The translations under genes and the position numbers were made by a program. From positions 11,904,001 to 11,968,000 of the forward strand of contig NC_045138.2 in assembly GCF_008831285.2 (NCBI RefSeq): 64,000 nucleotides of DNA, in the 5' to 3' direction. Each line of letters starts with the position of its first letter. Positions within the stretch are counted from its first letter, which is position 1. Positions 1 through 9,467 of this stretch are shown here, one piece after another. The notes under the pieces are model-generated. The model did no database searches. It was not told where the DNA came from and saw nothing but the letters and a program-made list of their open reading frames with translations. This stretch comes from Nymphaea colorata. Lineage: Eukaryota.

Positions 1-389
1 ATTGCTGATGACAACTATTCAAGAGAACGAAAAGCTTAAAAAGTGAACCGGCCCAGATTAACTTGATGGAAAAGTGAACGAAAAGCTTAAAAAGGAGAGG
101 ACCTTATCAAGGATAACGAACAACTGAACTGCTTGTGGGTGATGAGAGAGGCTAAGACCTCCTGTAGGCTGTTGGGTATCATTCCAAGGGATGACTTGAG
201 GGCCATTACTTCTCAACTCATTGTCATTTGATGACCTGAAATTAGAAAAGGAAAAATACAAGGGGATAATGAAATTTAGGAGAGGTGAAGAAAGAATTGG
301 TCTCTGATTTGAGGATATATAGAGACATGCCATAGCTGATATATATATATATATATATTCACTTTTATGACCCTAGAAAAGTTGCATGC

Positions 390-880
390 CAATACAAGTG
401 AACTTTCACTGACTCATGGAGGAAACGTGAGTCAAAGTCAGTCCTAAAATAATGCGAAACTGGAAACCTCGGAGCTGGTTAGAATATAATGAGAAAAACA
501 TCAGTAAAACCTTCTCATTTTCTATTGATAGAATGAGGAGAGTGTCAGTGTAGGGCTATAATTTCATTGACGCTAAAAGGAAGCATTAAAGTGCACTGAG
601 ACCTTCACTGACATTCGTCCAGTGTCAGTGAAGGTTAAAAACATTACTGCTCTTTACTATGTTAACAACGTCAATTAAATGAAACTTTCAGTGACGTATC
701 TTACATCACGTTAGTAGTCACATGTTTTCTGACGTTCACTTTATGTCAGTATATGTTTTTCATACACTTTTTTCAGAATGTCAGTAGTTTGCCATCTTGG
801 GCAACCTTATTTGATGCCAATTGATGTTAGTAAACATTATCCTCTTTATTGACGTTTGTTTTGTGTTAGTGAAGGTGTAT
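390..880. repeat. Dispersed short direct/inverted repeats (CACTGAC/GTCAGTG), probable degenerate CACTA subterminal region
   Basis: Many copies of TCACTGAC/GTCAGTG-like motifs in both orientations; region begins CAATACAAG (one mismatch to the CACTACAAG TIR). No matching TIR/TSD pair confirmed. Confidence 0.4.
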
Positions 881-1013
881 TTAACCGTGAAACCTTCTCG
901 TTCTTTCCCTCTCTCCTTTTTTGTCTTAAATCTGTCTTCCCACTTCTGCCTTCTACTGAACCTCAGCTACCACAGAAGGCCGTGCTCCCTCTGTGAGTCC
1001 TGATAGTCACAGT

Positions 1014-1482
1014 TGTAAGATCATTTGGTAGGCCGGCATATGTTTATGAGGAATTTCAGACATTATAACTGTCTTAACGTAAATATCCGCTTAAGTGATT
1101 GCATTTTGGGATATTACGTCATTTTAGATGGTATGTGGTAATTTTGAAATGTATAAATACCTGTACGCAATTACGGATTCTTTGATGGGTTGAATCCGTA
1201 ATTGCCCTTAATATAAAATGGCAGTGGTCCATGGGGTTGTGCAATGGTTGCTTGAAACGTTGGTTTTTAGGGTCTTCTTCTTCCCCATTTGATAGAGAAC
1301 TCAAGCGCGCCGCAAAGGCCCTGGAAGATCCTACCGCGATCTACCGTCCAGTTCTTCAGATGGATTCAGGTACGCTTCTGCTACAGTTAAGTTTATTTTG
1401 TTTAATTCAATGATTTAGCATGAGCATGATCCTGTTTTAGAGCATATCGTTTGTGTATGCATGAAGGGGAGAAATCCCAACA
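1014..1482 (+). repeat. 5' LTR of copia element 1
   Basis: Starts TGTAAGATCATTTGG, ends GAAATCCCAACA; about 90% identical by eye to 6542-7005. Confidence 0.95.
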
Positions 1483-1484
1483 AT

Positions 1485-1497
1485 TGCTATCAGAGCC
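1485..1497 (+). other. Primer binding site (tRNA-iMet type), one mismatch
   Basis: TGCTATCAGAGCC vs consensus TGGTATCAGAGCC, 2 nt after the LTR end. Confidence 0.85.
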
Positions 1498-2254
1498 CAT
1501 GTTCATTGTTCAATCGTTGATTTTTTGGATGATTTTGTGCGTCTCCCCATTCGGATGTTCCTTTCTTCGGCTGCAAGTATTGTTTTAAAAAAAAAAAATC
1601 TGGAAAGGGGGCGACGCTTCCATCGCGTGTGCGATGGAAGCCATCGGCTTCCGTCGCAACCGAACAAAGGGAGGAGAAACGGCCGGATTCGGCCGTTAAG
1701 ATGGGATGGGTGGGCAGCGACCGCTGGCTTCGGGCGACGGCTGGCCGCTCGCTTGCCGTGCGCCCTGCCTTCGATTTTTGAAAGGAACGGGCAGTGAGGG
1801 ACGATGGCGGGAGAAGAGGGCTTTGCCCACCTCCGTCCGGCCATGTCCAGCATCGCCGGGGAGTTCACCGTCGCCGGACGGCACCGTGCGACGCACTGGT
1901 GCCCACCCACAGCCTGCTGGTGGCTTTTGGGGGCCGCTTCAGCCGCACAAATCCTTGAAAGGGGGCCGATTTGCAATCAGGAGAAATCCAGCCGTTTTCG
2001 GCTGGTTTTTGGTAGGCGACGGCCGGCCATCGCGGCGGGCGATGGCCGGCCGTCCTCGCGACGCCCGCCGGCGGCCACCCACGGAGTTGGGTGGCCTGCC
2101 GGTGGAAGACCACCGCCCGCGACCGCTCGCGAGGTCGAGCGGGCGGGTCGGGTCTTGAAAGACCCGATCCGGATCCATCAGCTTTAAAAAAAAAAATTTC
2201 TTTCGCCCGCCCGCCTGTGCCTCCGCTTTTGATTTTTTGGATCCGGTCGGGTCT

Positions 2255-2730
2255 GGTTTTAAAACCGAACCGGTTCATTCAGTTTTGGAACCAATTCGAA
2301 ACTTTTCAGACCGGTTCGGACCTTCTGGGACCGGTTCAGATAATTTTGGAACCGGTTCATTCAGTTTTAGAACCGATTTAAGCCATTTTCAAACTGGTTC
2401 AGTGGGTTTCAGAGACGATACGGTCTATTTTTGACCGGTTCGTCCAATTTTTAGACCAGCTCAATTGTTTTCAGATCGGTTCAATTGATTTTCAAACCGG
2501 TTCATGATTTTCAGAACCGATTCAGTTGATTTTAGAACCGATTCAAGGCTTTCAGGACCGGTTCATTCAGTTTTGGTACCAATTCAGACCCTTTTTAGAC
2601 CAATCCAGGGCTTTTCAGTCCGGTTCATTCAGTTTTTGAACCGATTCTAGCCATTTTGAAACCAGTTCAGTGGGTTTTGGAACCGATATGGTTTAATTTT
2701 GTATGGTTCGTTCAATTTCTAAACCGGTTG
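2255..2730. repeat. Degenerate ~20-22 bp tandem array with palindromic AACCGGTT core in the copia leader
   Basis: Recurring (G)AACCGGTTCA..(C)AGTTTT(G/A)G units, roughly 20 copies. Confidence 0.8.
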
Positions 2731-3019
2731 GGGTCTATTTAGGGCCATGTGGGTGTTTTAGTTGTGGTTTAAGAATGATACAGGCCATTTTAAGGCCGAC
2801 TCATTGGTTCTTGACCCACTTAAGCGCGATTTTGGTACCAGTTTATAAAATTTTGGACTCTTTTGGGTCCATATCATTGAATCATTTGGTTTTGGATTTA
2901 ATGTAGGGCAAACTTGTATGTGAATTTGGTTTATGCATCATGTTTTGTATGTTGTTCATTTGTGGGTATACTTTAGATGATTGTTTGGATTATGAATTTG
3001 ATCTTTGGCCATGTCTGTT

Positions 3020-3346
3020 GTTTGAAATGAGTAAGTTTGTACTTTATGTCGCCAAAGTGACCTCTGTTGTACGAATTTGTCTATTTTGAACATTGGATGA
3101 TAGTATACTTAATCCATGCGGGCAACGATCAACCCAAAGAAGGATTGTTGCTTGGTCAGGTTTAAGTATACAGGGCAATGAATATGTGATAATTTTTCAG
3201 GTTTTCATGTGAATAGCGAATCAATCCAAAGATAAGCTCGTTGTTTGACAGGGTTAATTATCTATATTCATTGTTGACCAAGAATACCACTTGCAGTTGA
3301 TATTTCAATCCAAAGATTGGATATTAGCGTTGCACCGGTACCTTGT
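3020..3346 (+). other. Array of four long RNA hairpins each with a C-CAAA-G apex (candidate packaging/dimerisation element)
   Basis: Pairings read directly: GTCGC-CAAA-GTGAC with AAGTTTGTAC/GTACGAATTT; TATACTTAA..GCAACGATC/GATTGTTGC..TTAAGTATA; CAATGAATATGTGATAATT/AATTATCTATATTCATTG; CAATC-CAAA-GATTG with flanking TGCA/TGCA. Function is inferred. Confidence 0.65.
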
Positions 3347-3448
3347 GATGAGATTTGGGCCATTGTATTTAAATTCATTTGTATTTGTTATTTCATCTTT
3401 GTACATGTATTGACTGTGAGCATGTTTGATATTTTGTTTTTTGTACAG

Positions 3449-6140
3449 TGAGTTCTGCTTCCATGATATCTGCTAATTTGAGTACTATTCCTGAGCTAAA
3501 TGATTCGTTTTTTTATAAGTAAGAAAAGAAAGACTATTAAGGAAGTTGCAGTTGACCTGTCATCCATTAAGAAACAGAAGAAGCATAAGGAAAGTCAAAC
3601 AGGCTGCTTCTTTTGTAAGGGTGAAGGTCATATGAGGAAGGATTGTACTAAGTTTCATGCATGACATGAAAGGAGAGGTACACTTCTTACTTTGGTTTGT
3701 TCTGAAGTTAATTTAACTTCAGTACTCAGAAACACTTGGTGGGTAGATTCAAGTGCTACTACTCACATAAGTGTCTCTATGCAAGGCAGCCTAAATTGTC
3801 GAATACCAAATGATGCTGAAAGATTCATCTATGTGGGCGATGGCAAGAAGGCGAAAGTTGAAGCCATAGCAGATTTTCGGTTATTGTTAAAGACTGGTTG
3901 TTATTTGAATTTGATAGAAACTTATGTGGTACCATCTTTTAGACGAAATTTGGTTTTTATTTTTTCGTTGGACAAATTTGGTTATTATTGTTCATTTGGA
4001 GGAAGTAAATTTAAATTGTTTCTGCAGTCAAATTTGATAGTCGCTGGTTATTTATCTAGTAGCGATAACCTTTATTTTCTTGATACGGTTGCTTCATAAC
4101 ATGAAACCTTGCATGTTACGTTTAGTGGTACTAAAAGAAAATTAGCCAATGAGAATTCTTCTATGTTGTGGCATAGGTGCTTAGGACATATCTCTGAAAA
4201 GAGAATAAAAAGTCTTATGTCGAATGAAATTCTTGAGTCCCTTGATTTTGTAGACTTTAATGTTTGCATGGAAAGTATGAAGAGAAAACGAACAAACATT
4301 AAGGGGTTACAAGTTTTATAATCCAACCAGTAAGTCTTTCTTTGAAACGAAAAATACCTATTTCTTTGAGGATATTGAGTTTGGGGGAGGTGATTAGGTT
4401 AAACATATTGTCTTTGAAGAGAGACGTGAGTCTACTCATACAGATGTTGTAAGCAATAGTCAGGTCTTTGTTCCTACCATTGTTCCATCAACATATTCAG
4501 AAGAAGACAATGATGTCGGTCTCCCTACTGAAGAACAAACTCAACAACCTCAAGAAAATCAAGTAGAGGTGCCACTGAGGAGCTCCACTAGAAAGAGGAG
4601 AAATACAATTTCAAATGATTTTGTCTATCTCCAAGAACATGATGTTGATATGGGCTTAATGGAAGATGATCCTATCAACTTCCAGCAAGCGATAAGAAGT
4701 GCTAAATCTTATAAGTGGATAGATGTCATGAATGAGGAGATAAAGTCCATGATGGACAATGACGTATGAGATATTGTTCCCTTGCCTGAAGGTGTGAAAC
4801 CCATTAGTTGTAAATGAATATTTAAAACCAAGAGGGATTCATTAGGTAACATCGAAAGGTATAAGACACCTCTTGTCGCAAAGGGCTTTACTCAAAAGGA
4901 AGTCATTTATTATACAGAGTCTTTCTCTCCAGTTTCATTGAAAGACTCTTTCAGGACTATAATGGCACTTGTGGCTCATTTTGACTTAGAGCTACATTAG
5001 ATGGATGTAAAGATAACGTTTCTAAATGGAGACATTGATGAAACGATATATAAGGTACAACCAGAAAACTTTGCTTCAGGAGATGCAAAGAAAATAGTCT
5101 GCAAACTTAAGAAATCCATCTATAGGCTAAAGCAAGCTTTCCGTCAGTGGTATTACAAATTTCATCAAGTTATAGTTTCATTTGGCTTTGATTCTAATAT
5201 GGTTGATGAATGTGTATACCAAAAGTTCAGTGGGGTAAATTTATCTTTCTGGTTTTATATGTCGATGATATATTGCTGACAAGTAATGATGTGGGCATAT
5301 TGCATGAAACTAAGAATTTTTTGTCAACAAAGTTTGACATGAAGGATTTTGGTTATGCATCTTTTGTATTGGGGATCCATATATTTCGAGATCATTCTTG
5401 GGGTATTCTTGAATTATCACAAAAGGCCAACATTGATAAGGTGCTTCAGCGATATGGCATGAAGAATTATAAACCAGGAGATACTCCAGTTGCTAAAGGA
5501 GACAAGTTTAGTTTCAAACAGTGCCCTAAAAGTGATATCGAAATTGAAAGGATTCCCTATTCGTCTGTTGGGGGAAGCCTTATGTATGCTCAAGTTTGTA
5601 CTCGCCTGGTTATTGCATTTATTGTTGGAATGTTAGGCAGATACTTAAGTGATCATGGTATGGATCATTGTAAAGCAGCCAAAAGAGTTTTGAGGTACTT
5701 ACAGAGAACAAAAGATTTTATGCTCACATACAGGAAGTCAGACCAGTTGGAGATCATTGGGTATTCGGATTCTGACTTTGCTGGGTGCCAAGACAATAGC
5801 ATAGCATGTTACGAGGCATCCAATCATGCTTTGTGGTTGCGGAATTTTGTCACGGGGCTGCGCATTGTGAGTGGTATAGAAAGGCCACTAAGATTGTTGT
5901 GTGACAACAATTCAGCAGTCAAGTACTCTAATAACAGCCGCAGTTTGTCAAAGTCGAAGCACATCGACATTAAGTTTTGGGCCGTTAAAGAGAGGATACA
6001 GAATGGTCAGGTGTCTTTAGAGCATATTGAGACAAACTCTATGATTGCAGATCCGCTTACTAAGGGTTTAACACATATGGTCTTTCACTAACATGTTGTT
6101 CGTATGAGGGTGTTATCCTTGGATGATGTGCTGGATTAGT
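3449..6140 (+). pseudogene. Copia gag-pol remnant (stops, frameshifts, three internal deletions)
   Basis: SANLSTIPELN (gag start), CFFCKGEGHMRKDC (zinc knuckle), WWVDSSATTH (protease), LWHRCLGHIS (pre-integrase), MDVKITFLNG and LYVDDILL (RT), GYSDSDFAG and SKHIDIKF..ADPLTK (RNase H). Confidence 0.92.
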
Positions 6141-6541
6141 GAGAGTTTGTATTTTGTTTGCTTTTATGTATGGACACATATTCAGTTTTCTGCAGAATAA
6201 AGTTTAAAGTTCTTTGGTTCCATTCTGTGTTTATGTGTTTATGTTTTGATCTCCATAAGGTTTTAAAGTTGGACCAGTTGAGAATAGACATGTTGTAATC
6301 ACATTACATGTAATTCTCATGCTATACATCCATATCAGATCTATGTCATTGGTTGTGTTAACATTTACGATCATTGAAGGTTTAACTAATTTTAATATAG
6401 CGAAAGCCGCTTTGGTTCTGTGTTGATATGGTCATGGACAAGATTGGTGAAAATGACGTTTAATAAGATAACAATTATGAGCTCCTAAGGTTTTGTGTAA
6501 TGTCTGAATGTATAAAGACATATTTGGCCCAAGTGGGAGAT

Positions 6542-7005
6542 TGTAAGATCATTTGGTGGGCCGGCATATGTCTATAAGGAATTTATTATGGTTGTCTTAA
6601 TGTAAATATCCTCTTAAGTGATTGCATTTTAGGATATTACATCATTTTAGATGGTATGTGGTAATTTTGAAATGTATAGATACCTATACACAATTACGGA
6701 CTCTTTGATGAGTTGAATCCGTAATTTCCCTTAATATAAAATGGTAGTGGTCCCTGGGGTCGTGCAATGGTTGCCTGAAACGTTGGTTTCTAGGGTTTTC
6801 CTCTTCCCCATCTGAGAGAGACCTCAAGCGCGCCGCAAAGACCCTGGAAGATCCTACCACGATCTACCATCCAGTTCTTCAGATGGATTCAGGTACGCTT
6901 CCGCTACACTTAAGTTTATTTTGTTTAATTCAATGATTTATCATGATCATGATCCTGTTTTAGGGCATATCGTTAGTGTATGCATGAAGGGGAGAAATCC
7001 CAACA
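6542..7005 (+). repeat. 3' LTR of copia element 1
   Basis: Direct repeat of 1014-1482, preceded by a PPT and followed by TSD ATAGT. Confidence 0.95.
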
Positions 7006-8698
7006 ATAGTCCCATGGACCGCCATCCTTCCCGCCACACAAACCGACGACAAACCTCTCTACCCAAAGACCGACCGGCGTCCAACGACTTCACAAGTAGA
7101 CCTCTCTCTTTCTCCTCCTCACTGTGCATGTGTGTGAGAGTCGTCGCTCGGTCGACTAATACAATCAGATTTGTTTGTTGATAGCAGGATTCGTCAATTG
7201 ATTCGTTACTACTAACGATGCAATTTGGGGTTGTCGGATTCCTTGCAGGGCATGTGTTTCCGCTTCTGAGCTGATAAGCATTCTCCCTCTCTCTTATGCA
7301 GATTTGCTAATGCACATGTTTTCTCCTTGGTATTACAAGGTTCAATCGTTGGTTGAGTGATTGCACTAGGCATGAAATCCCTGCAAAGGTAAGATACCCC
7401 TTTTATCCTTCTTCTTATTCTTTTGCCTCGTTTTTTTGTTTTTGTGGATATCCTTCTTTTTCGTAGTCATTGTTTCAATCTTCAATGTGTTTCTTCTTCA
7501 AATGCGCAAGGATATGTAGATTACATGGATTTCCATTTGTGGTATTACACATGAATGTCCCCTGCTTCTTGGTGTGTGAGCGTGTGAGTTCTTTGGTCTA
7601 TGCTATTGTTGCTGAAACTTTCTTATATAGGAACCATAGATAGCAACTAGAACTGGGCACCCTAGTTTCCATGATATATTCCACGTCCTCCTATCAGTAG
7701 GAGATAAGCACTTCATGGTGGAACACGTGCTATTTTGTTTAATAAATTGAGAAACAAGAGACTCAATCTAGACAAGAGAAGTTTTTACCTCTCTTCTTAC
7801 TAAATGCTCATTATTGAGTATTGATGAAGAGTAAAGATTTTTGAACCATCCATATGATAGGAACCGAGCATTGCAAGTGTAAACCTTTTGGGAAGTTTTT
7901 CTTTTTATTGTTGGTTTTTGGTTTCAGACAAAAGTTGTTTATGTATGTCAATCTAATTACTTTATGAGTAATACCAACTTGTTATTATCTAAAGATGAGC
8001 TCCTCTGGAGTCACAAGGCAAAAATTTCTCAATATATAGAACACCTAGGAGCTCTAACAGTTTTCATTAAAACGCCCCATGCTCCTATATTTGGTGTTGC
8101 TGACATAAGATCGGGGCTAACTAGTCAAATAGGGACAGTTATGTGCCATTATGTTTCATGTATGCCCACTTGAATCCATGTATTACCCAGATCCATATCC
8201 TGATCCAACTAGGTTCTACAAATTTGGATTGGAGGCTGGAATTGAAAATACCAAGCTTGAGCTGAATTGGAATTCAATAACTACACATAGGCTTGGAATC
8301 TACTGTTGAAGCATCCAAAATTGCAAGTAATATAATTAATGCCGTGTAATACAGAAATTGCAAAGCACTGCATTCCGATTAAATGAATGCCAAAGATTAG
8401 AAAGGTATTTGAATCCTCTGGAATGTCAAGGGGCGCTTCACATAGCTATGAGAATTACTTAGTCTCTACCATTCTCTCAACTCATGATTGCAATTGCTGT
8501 TGTTGTGCAACCAAGCACCCTAATTAGTTGTGGCCTTGTGGATTGTTTTGCATTTACTTATTTCTTTTCATGCCCATTTGATTATCCTCGATCTAGTTTT
8601 TCAAGATTTAGATTTAAGATTAGTCTCTCCTCTCTCCGTTATTGAATAAGACTATTTACCAGTGTAAAAACAAAAATAAGCATATCAAATATGAATCT

Positions 8699-8896
8699 TG
8701 TTAAGAGCTATTAATTTAATGTGAAGTGGTCGATCTTAATTTAGGAAAGAAAAGTCGTAGGAAGTACTTTTTATGATTTATTATTTCTGTTTTAGACTTA
8801 TCTTTTAAATATGTCAATTGATCCTAATCCCTTATATTCGTGGGATAGGGATAATGAGATCACAACTATCTTTTCTCTTTAACCCTTACTGTTACA
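8699..8896 (+). repeat. 5' LTR of copia element 2
   Basis: TGTTAAGAG...GTTACA; alignable to 21984-22148 with many substitutions. Confidence 0.75.
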
Positions 8897-9429
8897 CGGT
8901 ATTGTAGCAGTGAATCCCAAGCCTGCCCTCTCTGATGATAGAAAGTCTCCTCCTCCTCCTTTACTCTCTTCTCCCTCTTTTCTTGTGGACGGGTGATCAT
9001 GTACATCTAAGTTTCACATGAACCTGGCTGTTGGTAGACTATCAAGAGATTTGTCCTCTCCTATTGATCATGCAACGGTGAGCAGATCTCCTTGGTCAAT
9101 GGTCATAGGATGCGGTTCATGGTTGATGATCATGGAATGCGGGCACTGAGTTGAAGAAGGCATATGTTGTTGAGTTGAAGGGAGATATCCAAGTCATGGA
9201 AGTTCTGATGTGTTTCTTGGTGATCCAAGTCATGGAACCTGACATTTCTCTTGCTGCAACATATTTTTTGGTAAGTTGTTGGGTAGAGTCAGCTGTGTTA
9301 GTCAGTGGTATTGCTTCTAACAGTTCAAAGCATGAAAGTTTGTTACGGAGTAGATGTCAGATCTTTGAGGTTCCTTTGGTTTATTGTTGTTGACGTCAAG
9401 GTGGGTCTATTTTCAGGTCTATTATTCGT

Positions 9430-9431
<2 letters not shown>

Positions 9432-9463
<32 letters not shown>
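9432..9463. repeat. (AT)n microsatellite
   Basis: Uninterrupted AT run. Confidence 0.95.

Positions 9464-9467
<4 letters not shown>

Larger units (their letters stand above)
1014..7005 (+). mobile_element. Ty1/copia LTR retrotransposon (Ikeros/Angela-like), both LTRs present, internally deleted and non-autonomous
   Basis: TG..CA LTRs at 1014-1482 and 6542-7005; TSD ACAGT/ATAGT (1 mismatch); PBS at 1485; PPT AAGTGGGAGA before the 3' LTR; domain order zinc knuckle-protease-integrase-RT-RNase H. Confidence 0.95.

Noticed and set aside
1..335. Short direct repeats and a 91 aa minus-strand ORF
   Set aside because: No recognisable motif, and cut by the window edge.
1503..2434. Many overlapping 65-157 aa ORFs on both strands
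   Set aside because: By-product of very high GC content and the repeat array; no recognisable domain.
2255..2730. CRISPR-like regularly spaced palindromes
   Set aside because: Eukaryotic retrotransposon leader; spacers are not unique and there are no cas genes.
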